The notes beneath the pieces are model-generated. The model searched no databases. It saw only the letters and a program-made list of their open reading frames with translations, and was not told where the DNA came from. 64,000 nt of DNA from Mobula birostris (Eukaryota): positions 24,793,821 through 24,857,820 of the forward strand of contig NC_092379.1 of assembly GCF_030028105.1 (NCBI RefSeq). The letters are read 5' to 3'. This document shows positions 13,601-27,599 of this stretch, one piece after another. How positions within the stretch are numbered: position 1 is the stretch's first letter; each line of letters opens with the position of its first letter. The position numbers and the translations under genes were made by a program.

Positions 13601-15030
13601 CCCCATCACTTGTCTGTCTTTCCTGACATTTTTACTGCTCACTGTATTAGATTTATTTCTGTTTTCCCCTTCCTCCGCTCTGTCATTCCGGTTCCGATCT
13701 CCCTGCCAAATTAATTTAAACCCTGCCTAACAGCTCTATTAAACTTTCCCGCCAGGATATTGGTCCCCTTCGGGTTCAGGTGTAACATGTCCTTCTTGAA
13801 CAGGTCATACTTCCCCCAGAGGAGATCCCAATTATCCAAGAAACTGAAGCGCTGCCCCCTACACCAGTCTGTCAACCACGCATTCATCTGCCTGATCCGA
13901 CTACTCTTGCCCTCGCTAGCAGGTGGCACAGGTAGCAATCTTGAGATTACTACCCTGGAGGTCCTGCTTCTCAGCTTCCTTCCTAACTCCTGGAAATCTT
14001 TCTTCAGGACCTCCCCCTTTGTCTTACCTATGTCATTGGTACCAACATGTACCAAGACAACTGGCTGATCACCCTCGCCCTTCAGAATATTCAGGACCCG
14101 ATCCGAGACATCCTTTACCCTGGCACCTGGGAGGCAGCACACCATGCGGGTATCTATATCAGGCTCACAGAATCTCCTGTCCATTCCCGTGACTATGGAA
14201 TCCCCTCCGACTACCGCATTTCTCTTTTCGCTCTTTCTGTCCTGCACAACAGCGCCAGGCTCCGTGCCAGAGACCCAATCACCGTCGGTGTCCCCTGTCA
14301 GGTCATCCCCCTCAACAACATCCAGATCAAGATTTTTTTTTTTTGCTGAGGGGGAGAACCACAAGTGTGCTCATCATTATCCGGGCATTTCCCTTCCCTC
14401 TCTTGACAGTGACCCATTTTTCTGACCCCTGCAGCCTGGGGATGACTGCCTTCCTGTATCTCCTGTCTATCACCTCTTCACTTTCCCTAATAAGCAGTAG
14501 GTCATGAAGCTGCAGCTCCAGATCGCTAACACGGTCTCTGAGGAGCTGCATCTCGGTGCACCAGGCGCAGATGTGGCCATCAGGGAGGCTGGAGGTCTCC
14601 CACGATTCCCACATCTTACACCGTGAACAAAGCTCTAACCCTGCAGGCATGCTATCTAATTCTACAGGAATGAAACATGAAAAAGAAGTCTACTCACCCA
14701 CTTACCTCGCCAAACAAACGAACTTTTTAAACCTTTAGCTCCTACGGTTAGCTGTGTGAGACCTGCTGTTCCTGTCTGTCCGGTCCAATTAGCGAAAGGG
14801 AGGGTTGGGTGGGAGGAGAGAAAAAAAAAAGAGTTGGTGCTTCGCTCTCGCCTCTTCCTGTTTACCGCCGAAACCCGTTGAAGTCAAAGTCCGACACTCT
14901 GCTCCTACCTATTCCGCTGCCCGCTCTCACAGCTGCCCACTGTATAGAGGCGTCTCTTCTTTAAACTATCCGCGTTTTCCTGTTGACGTCACGCGCCTGC
15001 GCGGTCTCGTCCTTCTTGCACTCCGAAGAA
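10628..15030 (-). mobile_element. Near full-length CR1 LINE (5'UTR, ORF1 with zinc finger/leucine zipper and SGNH esterase, ORF2 EN-RT), degraded
   Basis: ORF1: CSRCKMWE...HICAWCTEMQLLRDRVSDLE; GDSIV...VHVGTNDIG...LHLN (13711-14650). ORF2: ILGDFN, DFQKAFDKV, PQGSVLGPLLF. 3' tail (ATGGTCTT)n at 10628. Confidence 0.95.
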
Positions 15031-15044
15031 GTTAAAAAAAAAAC

Positions 15045-15640
15045 TGCCTTCATTCATAATTCAGCTCCAACAACGCTCTGCTGTCCCGATCCAAAAAACT
15101 GAGGTCCTTTAACATCTGTCGGACGAGGCTGAGGATGTTCTACGAGTCTGTGGTGGCCAGTGCTATCATGTTTGCTGTTGTGTGCTGGGGCAGCAGTCTT
15201 TGGGACGTAGACACCAACAGAATCAACAAACTCATTCGTAAGGCCAGTGACGTGGGATGAAACTGGACTCTCTCACGGTGGTGTCTGAAAAGTGGATGCT
15301 CTCTAAGTTGCATGCCATCTTGGTCAATGTCTTCCATCCACTACATAATGTACTGGGTGGGCACAGGAGTACATTCAGCCAGAGACTCATTCCACCGAGA
15401 TGCAGCACAGAGTGTCATAGGACATCATTCCTGCCTGTGGCCATCAAACTTTACAACTCCCCTCTTGCAGGGTCAGACACGCTGAGATAATAGGCTGGTC
15501 CTGGACATTTCATAATTTACTGGCGTAATTTACATTTTACTATTTAACTATTTATAGTTCTATTACTATTTATTATTTATGGTGCAACTGTAACGAAAAC
15601 CAATTTCCCCCGGGATCAATAAATTATAACTATGACTATG
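15045..15640 (+). mobile_element. Rex1/Babar-type LINE 3' fragment
   Basis: RMFYESVVASAIMFAVVCWG-type C-terminal coding remnant and a short-repeat 3' tail. Confidence 0.7.
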
Positions 15641-15764
15641 ACTTACAAGTTCAGCATCTGAATTACATTATATTTGCCTTTCATGTGTGTTAATAAGAGA
15701 TCATATGCATATAAACTTAAACTCCAATTCAGTAATCTTCTCTTTTTATTTTTCCGTTTTTTTT

Positions 15765-18700
15765 CAAGATGGCGCCGTTACCTGCTGAGCAATGGAAACC
15801 CTTCTAAACCTCCATTAGGCTACATCTATCAAGATCAACAACACCCTGGCGAAGCTAAATGACCCAACTGGAGATGACGCCAGCAGAATCGCTTCTTCAA
15901 TTCCTGATCTCACCTGGTTCCGACCACCGAGGCCTGTCCGAGGCCCACCACGTTCCCGCAGACCTGGGGCCTTCTACCGTGCCGCAAAACTTGGAGACGT
16001 GGCCCATTACGACCAGCACCTCACCAGAGCAGACGACCACACAGAAGTGAAGTTGGAGACCTCTTGATGCCCCAGACGCTTCCCCGGAGCGACCACAATA
16101 AAGCCCCGTTGGAGGACATCCACAGCTGCCGGAAGTGAGGCCTCCACCGCCGACCTCGTAAATTGAGCCCAAGGCTCGGCTGGAGCGGAGGCCTCAGCAA
16201 CCGTAACTCAGCGCACGTACTTGTTTCAGCCAGGAGCCGGGCTCTCCGGGATTAAGTTGTGGCTTCAGGGCCCGACCCAATCGACAGCCCGGGCCCCCGA
16301 CATCTGGAAGTGGCAGCTGAGCCTCCCCGTCCCTCGGCCGGACCCGGAGCGCACGACAAAGCGACCGCCGATCGATCCCCGCGTGTAGCGTCCACCAACC
16401 TCAAAGGGCTGACAACAACACACTGCATCGATGAAAATCTGGAAAGATGCATTATTTATCGAGTAAGCACGGGAAAAGAGATGGGCTGCTGGTCAGATCG
16501 AAGCTGAGGGGCTTCAGGGTCCCTATGCCACCACCCTACTAGGTAATGTGCAAGCCACAGAGAGCAAGCTGGGTGATCCTAAAGGGAGACTCACCTACAG
16601 CAGGGAAATGCATAACTGCTGTGTTTTCTGTTTCACCGAGAGCTGGCTTTTCCTTGCCACCCCCAACTGTGCCATCTGACCGGAGACATTTTCGATCCAT
16701 CGGATAGACCGCACGGCGTCATCGGACAAGACGAGGGGAGGTGGTATCTGCCTACTGATAAACACTGCGTGGTGATCCGACACATTGTCAAGTTCCTACT
16801 ATCTGCCACGAGAATTCACCTCGGTCATAGTGACAGTGGTCTACATCCACCCCTCCCCCCCGCCCAGGCAGACGTGGAGTGTGCTCCAAAAATACTGTAT
16901 GCCAACATCAGTGAACTTGAGACCAGGTATCCGGTGGCTTTGCTTATTACAGCCAATGACTTCAAGCAGGCCAACATCAGAAAGGCGCTGCCAAAGTTAT
17001 ACCACCATGTCTCCTGCCCCACTAGAGGCCCGTATATACTTGACCGGTGCTACGCAGCTGTCAAGGATGCCTACCGTTCCTTCCCACGACATCACTTCGG
17101 AAAATCGGGCCATCAAGCCGTACTTGTCCTCCCGGCTTACAAACAGAAACTGAAGCGGAAGATCACGGTGTTAAAAGTGGTGTCGATTTGGACGGAGGAA
17201 ACGTATGAGGACCTCCGTGAATGTTTTGAATGGATGAACTGGTTAGTATTCAAGGACTCCGCATCTAACCTCGATGAGTATGCCTCAGCTGTCACGGACT
17301 TTATCGGGAAATGACCAGAGGACTGTGTGTCTCGCAAGACAATCCGGGTATTCACTAACGGGAAACCTTGGATGAATTCTGAGGTCAAGTCCATTTTGAA
17401 GGCTAGAGCTGCGGCGTTTATGTCCGGGGATACCAGTCGCTACACGCAATCCAGCCATGAACTCTGAAAGCCATTAAGGGCGCCAAGAGGCAATATCGAG
17501 CCAAGTTGGAAGCCCAAGCTAACTAGAGGGATGCTGGTAGACTCTGGCATGATCTAAATGAAATCACTGAGAGCAAAGAAAGGACTGGGAATATCAATAA
17601 CTGTGGCGAGTCTCTTCCTGTCGAACTTAATGTATTCTACGCAAGATTAGAACAGAAGAGGAGCATCCCGCTCCCTCCGGATGAACCGGACCTGGTGGCA
17701 TCGAGATTCATCGTCACCGAGGAGGGCGTTAGAAGGGCCTTCCAGAAGATAAATCCAAAAAAGGCGACGGGCCCAGATGGCGTCCAAGGACGGGATCTCC
17801 GGGCCTGTGCAAGCGAGATAGCTGGAGTTTTTGCTGACATCTGCAACTGCTGCTTACTTTAGTCTAAGATCCCCTCGTGTTTTAAGGAAGGAACGATAAA
17901 CCTGGTGCAGAAGAAGAGCAAGCTGGCATGCCTGAATGATGATCGACCTGTGGCTCTGACATCAATTGCTATGAAGCGCTTCGAGAGATTGATTATGGCA
18001 CACGTCAACCACAGCCTACCCGTCAACATCAACGTTTTGCAATTCTCCTACCGGAGCAACAGGTCAAGGACATATACCATCTCTCTGGCTGTACAGTCCT
18101 CCATAGAATACCTGGAAAATAAAGACGCATGTGTAAGGCTCCATTTCTTTGACTACAGCTCTGCATTTAGAACCATCATTCCAAACAAATTGAATCCTAA
18201 GCTCCAGAACCTGGGCCTTAGCACTCAGATCTTCATCTGGATCTTCAACTTCCTCACAGACAGGAGCCAGGCTGTAAAAGTAGGGGACCAGCTCTCCTCT
18301 ACAAACACCCTGAGCACCGGTGCCCCAAAAGGCTGTGTACTCAGTCCCCTGCTGTACACATTGTACACACATCATTGTGTAGCCAAGTTTCCAGCGAACT
18401 CAATATATAAGTTTGCTGATGACGCCACAATTGTACGCCGTATCTCCAGGAATAATGAGTTTGAGTGGAGAGACGAAATTAAGAACCTGTTGGCATAGTG
18501 CAAAGACAATAGCCCATCCCTCAACGTCAGCAAGATGAAGGAATTTGTTGTTGACTTCAGAAGGTGTAGGGGTCCGCACGACTTCATTTACATTGTAGGT
18601 GCGAAAGTAGAACAGGCCAAAAGCTTTAAGTTCCTCGGCGTCAATATCACAGTTGACTTGACTTGGTCCAGCCAAGCAGGGTCTACTGCCAAGAAGGCCC

Positions 18701-19320
18701 ACCAGCGCCTTTACTTCCTGAGAAAGCTAAGAAAATATGGCCTGTCCCCTAAAACCGTCACTAACTTTTATAGATGCACCGTAGAAAACATTCTTCCAGG
18801 GTGCATCAAAGCCTGGTGCGGAAGTTGTCCTGTCCAACACCGGAAGAAGCTGCAGAAGATCGTGACACAGCCCAGCACATCACACCAACGAATCTTCGCC
18901 CTTGGACTCACTTTACCCCGCACGCTGTCGGAGCAGTGCTGCCACGATAATCAAGGACACGACGCACCCAGCGAACACACTTTTCGTCCCTCTTCCCTCC
19001 TGGAGAAGGCTCAGGAGCTTGAAGACTCGTACGGACAGAATTGGGAACAGTTTCTTTGCAACTGTGATAAGACTGCCGAACGGATCCTGACCCGGATCTG
19101 GGCCGTATCCTCCGAATATCGGAACCATCCTCTCGTTTTTTTTTTTTTTTTCACTACCTTACTTTCCATTTTCTGTTTTCTATATATATGTATATATATT
19201 GAAATTTACTATCAATTTGTACTCCAGGGAGTGCGAAGTGCAGTATCAAATATCGCTGTGGTGACTGAGCGTTCTAGAATCAATTGTTTGGCGACAATAA
19301 TGTATCGAGTATGAAGTATA
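15765..19320 (+). mobile_element. Near full-length Rex1/Babar-type LINE (EN + RT), degraded
   Basis: AVKDAYRSFPRHHFGKSGH endonuclease; RPVALTSIAMKRFERL, DYSSAFRTIIP, GAPKGCVLSPLLYTLYT, KFADDATIV RT motifs. Confidence 0.9.
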
Positions 19321-20029
19321 AAATATACTGAAAGATACCAATGGATTATTATCGTTGTAAACCACAAGTGGTTTCTCATTGTGCGACATGCACATGAAAA
19401 TTTTACAGAACAAACATGAGAGATAATAATTCCCTTTATGGTTGAATCATTTATTTGGTGTCCATTAAATTTATTGGAAAATAATACACAGGATGTCCAA
19501 CATCGTCATCGTTATCCTTTTGTTGTAACACTGCTCTACAGCCTCATCACTAGCATCGACAGCTAGGGAAAATGCCTGTTCGAAATCAAGTGATGTGAGC
19601 ACAGGTTGGTAACATGGGATAACGCTCAATTTATTGAATGCTTCCTGACACGGTTCTGTGCAAACAAACTTTTCACCTTCCTACAAGAGGTTAGTTAATG
19701 GAAGGGCAATCTCGTCAAAGTTCTAAACAGAAATTATGGGAATATCCTACCATTCCGAAGAATCTTTTGAGAATGATTTATATATGTACGTATGTATGTA
19801 TGTACGTACGTATTTATTTATTTATTTATTTATTTTTGCCAGTTGGAGGGGGGACCTCCAAAATTGCCTGAAAGTTTGCCTGAACAGCAGCCAACATGCC
19901 TTGACCCACAACGTAGCCAAGATAAATCACAGTGGAATGCCCAGGTTCTCTTTAGATTAGATTATGAGGACTCGCAGTCCACTTTTATTGTCATTTAGTA
20001 ATGCATTCATAAGAAATAATACAATGTTT

Positions 20030-23000
20030 TCCAGCTAATTTAGCTAAGATTTAGCTTTTAGCTAATTTAGTAGTGAGGTTCGCTTTTGAAAGCCTGTCAA
20101 ACAGTTTTTCACTGCAGATATATGTGCCTCCCAAGAGTCATTCCCTGTGATAAATCATCAATATAGACAACTGTATGTTTTAACCCTCTAATTACAGAAT
20201 TAATCATTCTCTGGAAGGTTCCTACAGCATTTTTCATTCAAAATGGCAGATCAATGTACTCATATAACCCAGATTGCCTCCCAAATGCAGATTTTTTTTT
20301 CTACCTCTATCCGTTAATGGAACACACCAATACCATTTTAACAAATCAATCCTGTAAGAATTCTAGCTTTTCCAACCTGGTCCACAGAATCATCTACCCG
20401 AACGATAGGATATGCTTCAGTTTTTGTTACACCTTCCTGTAATCATTACAAAACCTAATACTACCATCTGCTTTAGGCACTATGAAACAAGGTGAACTCC
20501 AATCCGAAGTAGAAGGTCCAATAATACATTTTCTAACAGATACTTAATTTCTTGTTCGGCAAGTATATATTTTTCCGCAGTCGTTCGATATGGACGTTGC
20601 TTTATCGGTTTGGTGTTTCTAACATCTACATCATGTGAGGCTACTGTGGTTCTTTTGAATGTCTGGAAATAAATCCCTATTTTTCAAAATTAAGTGCTTC
20701 AGCTGCTGACTATGCTGTCCAAAACTGTCCAAAATTGTCGCATTTGTTAGCCCGGGAGAAGTAATGTTCGGTTTAAAGATCAGCTACTAAGTTTCCAAGG
20801 ATGTCAAACTCATTGTCTCTGACAGCAACAGTCATAGCAGCAGACTCTCTCCCACAGTAAGGATTTATCATATTTACATGACAATGTTGCGTTGCCCTTC
20901 GTCGATCTGGTGTGTTTACCACATAGTCCACATTATTAAATTTAGATATAATCTCATAAGGACCATGAAATTTAGCTTCAAAGGGGTTCGTTTGCAAAGG
21001 GAAAAGAAACAAAACATTATCTCCTGGCTTAAATACCCTCTTTATAGCTTCCTTGTCATACCAAGCTTTCATTCGCTCCTGAGCAGATGTTATTTTTTCC
21101 CTTGCTAAGCTGCAAACTTTATGCAATCTTTCCTTAACTTTTAAGGCAAAATCAAAAAAAAATAGGATGCACTTCTTTATTAACCAACTGTTCATTTAAT
21201 AATGCCAAAGTTCGTCGGACACTGTGCCAAAGCACAAGTTCAAAGGGACTAAAGCCTATGGACTCCTGCACTGATCCCGTACTACAAACAAAAGCAAATG
21301 GGCTCTCTCATCCGAATCTTCCTCATTTTCAACACAAAACGTCCTAATCATAGCTTTAAGTGTAGAATGGAACCTTCCTAAGGGGCCTTGTGATTCGGGA
21401 TGATACCCAGAGGACATAATCTGTTTGGCTCCCAGTTTATAAACTATCTGCTGAAAAAATCCAGAGATCAGATTGGATCTCTTTAGGTAACCAAATTAAA
21501 GTAAATATTTTTATGAGAGGCTTTACCACATTTTTCGCATTTATATTCCTAAGAAGAATCGCTTCTAGAAACCTAGATGCGGTACACATGATAGTCAGCA
21601 AACTTTGGTGGCCAGCTTTAGTTTTTGGCAATGGGCCAACACTATCTACAATATATTTTGAAAACGGCTTGCCAAATGCAGGAATAGGTTGTTACGGTGC
21701 CACTGAGGTGACTAGATAAGGTTTACTCACAACCTGACAAGTGTGACAAGATCGGCAAAATGTCGTCACATCAATCCACAACCCAAGCCAATAGAAATGT
21801 TTAAAAACCATGCTCACAGTTTTCCTCAGAGCAAAATTGCCACCCAAGAGTATATTATGAGCCAGAGATAACATTTCATTCTGGTAGACTTTAGGAGCAA
21901 CTACCTGGTGAAGAGCTGCCTAATCCTCGCTTGCAGGAATCTTACGTGTTCTCCATTTCCTCATTAATACTCCACTCTTGAAATAATAACCCACCGGCAC
22001 CTCTGCAATCTCATTATCTGGGAGAGCTTGTTCTCTTAACGTGGCAATGTCAGGTTCTTTGCTTTGCTCCACTATAATCTCCTTCCTAGACAAGGACAAG
22101 TCTTTGATGTCAGATTATTAAGAGGATCCTGATCAAAGAATGAAGGTAGAAAAGTTAATAACGAATCATCTAACTCTGAATCCTTATAGAATTGTCGTGG
22201 GTAACAGACCCGTGCAGCACAGAACCCTCTGCCTCGGCCCCGGCGATTGCACAGGAGGTATACATATTAGAATCCATTTTTGGATCATCAACAATTGGCT
22301 TAGTTGTCACTTGTACTGCAGGAAAAACTTTCGCTCCTGCCAGGTCATCCCCTAACAATAAGGAAACAACAGCCACCGGTAAACCGGGTCGCAGTCCTAC
22401 TTTAAAAGTTCCTGAAGCTAATCCTGACTTTAAAAATATTTGGTGCAGAGAGACAGACATAAGGTCGCCTTCAATACCTCCTAGAAGATTTCGGTCACCC
22501 GTACCAGTGTCATCGTTGAACTCTGGAAGTCTGTCTAACATCACTGACGGAGAAGCACCAGTATTTCGAAGAATGTTTATTCGTACCGGATGGGACCTTA
22601 CATTCACCGAAACAAATCCCTCTGACATAAAGTGATCGAACCCCTATTAACTGGTCAGACCTTGACCGTACTTCCTTTATATGTCCAGAACCCTATGGAA
22701 TTATGGGCGTTTCAAATGGTTGCACACAGGCATCTGGAACTGCCTCCATTTCCCTCTTCTTCAGACGGTAACAGTTAGACATAACATGACCAGGTTTCTT
22801 AGAATAGTAACAAACAATATCTTTTTTTATCCCTTCACTTGCTTCCCTTCATTCTTACCTTTATCACCGGCTTCCGATTTAATTGCTGGTTTACCCTGAA
22901 TATTCAGGCTACCCTTTTGAGAAGTTTTACTTGGAGTAAATTTACTCTTATAGATTAAAGCATACTAATATGCTAATGTAGCAGATTCCTACAGTGTAGC

Positions 23001-23964
23001 ATTGTCGCTCTCATTTAAGTATATCGTTATGTCAATAGAGACGCAGATTTTAAACTCCTCAATTGAAATCAACTCTTTCAAGTTGCCGTACTCCTCATTC
23101 ATATTTTCAGAGTTGACTCATCGCTCATAAAACACAGATTTATCATAGGCAAATTCCATATAAGTTCAGTTCACAAATTTCTTTAAATTTCTAAATCTTT
23201 GCCCATAAGTTTCCGGAAGCAGTTTATAAGATTTAAGTATACGCTACTTCACAGTATCATAATCAAATGCTTGCTCAACAGTTAAAGCTGTATAAACTTG
23301 TTGTGCTTTACATTTAATTACACTTTGCATAAGCACTGGCACCTTTTGGCCCCTCTGAAATAGGAGAAACTGTCTGGAAATGCTGGAAGTATTTATCAAC
23401 TTCTGCCTCATTCAAAGAAGGTACCAGTTCAATTTCCTGATTGGCAACAAACGGTTTGATAGAACCACAAAACTGATTCTCAAACCTTAACTTCGTATCA
23501 CGAGCTCAAACTCATTCTGTTTCTCTGCAGCTTCTAACTGATTGTGTTCCAACTCAGCTTCTAATTGTTTTTGTTTTAACTCAGCCTCTACTCTAAACTT
23601 CTGGAACACTACCTGTTCCAGGTGTAACTGGATCGCTTCTTTACTTACAGGGAACCTATCTAACTGCACCTCGTCACAAACTCGCGAATTTTTATACTGT
23701 TCCGCGATTTTTCTCTGAATTACTGGCTTAGTTGTAACCGTCGATATTCCTTGAAGGTCCAACCTCCTAGCAATCTCTAATACATCACACTTTTTTTGAC
23801 TTCGCTTATACCGCCGGGGCTGGTGTCGTCCATACCTATTGCTGCTTATTACCACACATAATCCAAACAAAAGGAATCGATGATTTACCCTTTTTCAAAC
23901 AGATCGTTCATTAAACAACCAACTAATCTCTAAATTGGTTCAAATCACCGTGAGCCCAAACATA
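20030..23964 (-). mobile_element. Gmr1-like Gypsy internal region (SCAN-like gag, protease, integrase, then RT), degraded
   Basis: gag with ETYGQRFRNL (about 23200); protease ILRNTGASPSV (22628-22170); integrase H...HFYW...CRSCHTCQ and KFHGPYEI (21870-20770); RT follows downstream: KPIKQRPYR, VPKADGSIRFCNDYRKV, YIDD (about 20160). PBS-like TTTGGGCTC next to the LTR at 23964. Confidence 0.9.
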
Positions 23965-26900
23965 TGTTATGGATCAACAGCAATAGAGATAAATTTGAGT
24001 CTTTTTTTTTATATATATAATGGACAACGCCATTTATTAACCACTACTCAAATAAACATCGAACCGTAAACAAACGATTAACTTAAATGGATGCAACACA
24101 CATCAAAGTTGCCGCTGAACGCAGCAGACCAGGCAGCATCTCTAGGAAGAGGTGCAGTCAATGTTTCAGGCCGAGACCCTTCGTCAGGGCTAACTGAAGG
24201 AAGAGTTTGTAAGAGACTTGAAAGTGGGGGGGGGGGGAGATGCAAAATGATAGGAGAAGACGGGAGGGGGAGGGATGGAGCCAAGAGCTGCGCAGGTGTT
24301 TGGCAAAGGAGATATCAGAGGATCATGGGTCAAGAGGCCCAGGAAGAAGGAAAAGTGGGGACGGGTGTGAACCCAGAGGATGGGCAAGGGGTATAGTCAG
24401 AGGGCCAGAGGGAGAAAAAGGAGAGTGAGATAAAGGAAGTGTGTATAAAAATAAATGACGGATAGGGTACGAGGAGAAGGTGAGGCATTAGCGGAAGTTA
24501 GAGAAGTCAATGTTCATGCCATCAGGTTGGAGGCTACCCAGACGGAATATAAGGTGTTGTTCCTCCAACCTGAGTGTGGCTTCATCTTTACAGTGGAAGA
24601 GGCTGTGGATGGACATGTCAGAATGGGAATGGGATGTAGAATGAAAATGTGTGGCCACAAGGAGATCCTGCTTTCTCTGGCGGATAGAGCGTAGGTGTTC
24701 AGTAAAACGGTCTCCCAGTCTGCCTCGGGTCTCGCCAATATATAGAAGGCAACATCGGGAGCACCGGACGCAGTATATCACCCCAGCCGACTCACAGGTG
24801 AAATGTCGCCTGACCTGGAAGGACACTCTGGGGCCCTGAATGGTGGTAAGTGAGTGGGCAGGGATGGGGGGTGGGGACGAATCGACAAAGGAGTCGCGTA
24901 GGGGGCAATCCCTGCGGAAAGCAGACAGGGGGTGGGGGGGAGGGAAATATGTGCTTAGTGGTGGGATCCCGTTGGAGGTGGCAGAAGTTAGGGAGAATAA
25001 TATGTTGGACCCGAAGGCTGGTCGGGTGGTAGTTGTGGACCAGGGCAGCCCTATTCCTAGTGGGGTGGCGGGAGGATGGAGTGAGAGCAGATGTGCGTGA
25101 AAAGGGGGAGATGCGTTTGAGAGCAGGGTTGATGGTGGTGGAAGGGAATTCCCTTTCTTTCAAAAAAGGAGGACAGCTCCATCGTCCTGGAATGAAAAGC
25201 CTCATCCTGAGAGCAGATGCGGCGGAGACGGAGGAATTGCAAGAAGCGGATGGCATTTTTGTAAGAGACAGGGTGCGAAGAGGAATAGTCTAGATAGCCG
25301 TGAGAGTTAGTAGGCTTATAGTAGACATCAGTGGATAAGTTGTCTCCAGAGATAGGGACAGAAAGATCTAGAAAGGGGAGGGAGGTATCGGAAATGGACC
25401 AGGTAAACTTGAGGGCAGGGTGAAAGTTGACGTCAAAGTTAATGAAGTCAACGAGCTCAGCATGCGTGCAGGAAGTAGCGCCAATACAGTCGTCGATGTA
25501 GCGAAGGAAAAGTCGGGGGCAAATTCCAGAATATGTTCGGAAAATAGATCGGTCCATAAAGCCAACAAAAATGCAGGCATAGCTAGGACCCATACAGGGG
25601 CCCATAGCTACACCTTTAGTTTGGACGCAGTGGGAGGAGCAAAAGGAGAAATTATTAACAATAAGGACTAATTCCGAAAGACGGAGCAGAGTGGTGGTAG
25701 AGGGGAACTGATTAGTTCTGGAATCCCAAAAGAAGTGGAGAGTTTTGAGACCTTCCTAATGGGGGATGGAAGTGTATAGGGACTGGACATCCATGGTGAA
25801 AATAAAGTGGTGGGGGCCAGGGAACTTAAAATCATCTAAAAGTTTAAGAGCGTAAGAAGTGTGACGAGCATAGGTAGGAAGGGATTGAACAAGTGGGGAT
25901 AAAACCGAGTCGAGGTATGCAGAAACGAGTTCGGTGGGGCAGGAGCAAGCTGAGACAATAGGTGTGCCAGGGCAGGCAGGTCTGTGGATCTTGGATAGGA
26001 GGTAGAAACGGGAAGTGCGAGGTGTGGGAACTATAAAGTTGGTAGCAGTGGATGTGTGATCCCCTGAGCGGATAAAGTCGGTGATAATGTTTGAGACAAT
26101 GATCTGGTGCTCCTTAGTGGGGTCACGATCGAGGGGTAAATAAGACGAGGTATCCGCGAGTTGTCTCTGTGCCCCGTAAAGGTAGAGGTCAGTACGCCAG
26201 ACTACAACAGTACCCGGCTGAACGGCGGGTTTAATAGTAAGGTTAGGATTAGTGCGGAGGGAGTGGAGAGCAGAACGTTCCGAAGGAAAAGGTTGGAATG
26301 GGAACCTTTCCTTCGAGATGGTTGATGTCCAGACGGCAGTTAGCAATAAAAAGATCCAGATCAGGCAGAAGACCAGAGCGGGGTGTCCATGAAGAAGAGC
26401 AGGGTTGAAGACGGGAGAAGGGGTCATCGGTGGGGGTGGAAGAGTCCTTGCCGAAGAAGCAGGCTCGGAGACGGAGACGGCGGAAAAAGAGCTCCGCATC
26501 ATGGTGAACACAGAACTCGCTTAGGTGTGGGCGATGGGGGACAAAGATAAGGCCCTTACTGAGGACAGAGCGTTCTGCCTCGGACAGTTGAAGGTCGGAG
26601 GGGATGGTAAAGACCCGGCACGGATGAGACCTGGGATCAGATGGGATGGGGGTGGTGTTGTCAGTGGAGAGGGGAGGGTTGGGGTGAGAGGAAGATGGAG
26701 CCTCTGAGTACCCAGGAGCTGACGATGGGATCTGAGGGAGACAGGATTGCAGAGTGGTAGTGGGGGAAGGGGAGACAGGAGTCACAATAGCAGCACATAA
26801 AGACCCGGCCTGGAGTTCAAGGTTGGAGTCGTAGTTGGTGGTTGCGCAATCGCTTTCAAGGTGTCCACGGTCGTTGCTGGAGTCCGGGTTGCGGTGGACC

Positions 26901-27596
26901 TCACCGTTGGTAAGTACGCCATCAGAGAAGAAGAGAGAGTGAGAGGGAAGAATCCAAACGCAATTTAAATGAATGTTAGCATTGTTATGCTTCTGTAATT
27001 ATCAAACGGTCGAACTTAAATAAAATTCTCAACAGATCCCATTTAAGCACAGTCTTATGGAGGGAGTTTAATAAGTCCATAAGATTTATGAAATAACTGA
27101 GAGGAAAGACTTCCTTAACTTTGCAATGAAGAGCATTCCAAACGGCTGACGCCGGTTTCAGCCGAGAAACACTTCTTCCGAAGTTTTGACGCATTGTTCC
27201 CTCCCCTATGACGCATAATACGAGTTCTCAAAGTGACTGTCTGCCGGAAGTGGTCATCACACAATGTAAGGGTTAACAAAACGTGCGTGCCACGTACGAA
27301 CGCTTCTGAATGTCAATCACACTCTTAATGCGCCGAATGCCGCTGGTTAACACCAATCCCTCTGTGTTTCTTTCGGATTCTTCAGTCTTACTCTGTCTTC
27401 TTCTCCGATGGCGTACCTACCAACGGTGAGGTCCCACCGTAACGAACTACGCAACATTTACGGGTTCCCCGTATATACAAGTTAGAACGTGCCATTACGT
27501 GACATCACATCACCCACTATCACAAGACAATTACATGGTTCCAATAGCATAAGACAATTACACCGCATTCACGAGATACTCACGGGATATGTAACA
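23965..27596 (-). repeat. 5' LTR of the Gmr1-like element, split by a Penelope insertion (23965-24093 and 26965-27596)
   Basis: TGTTA/TAACA termini; the two halves are collinear with the intact LTR at 9464-10219. Confidence 0.8.
24094..26880 (-). mobile_element. Penelope-like retroelement (RT + GIY-YIG endonuclease), degraded
   Basis: RT: FIFTMDVQSLYTSIPH, MGPCMGPSYAC, FLRYIDDC. GIY-YIG: FTCESAGVIYCVRCSRCCLLYIGETRGRLGDRFTEH. Flanked by TTAAATG(G/A)ATG duplication. Confidence 0.95.
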
Positions 27597-27599
27597 ATA

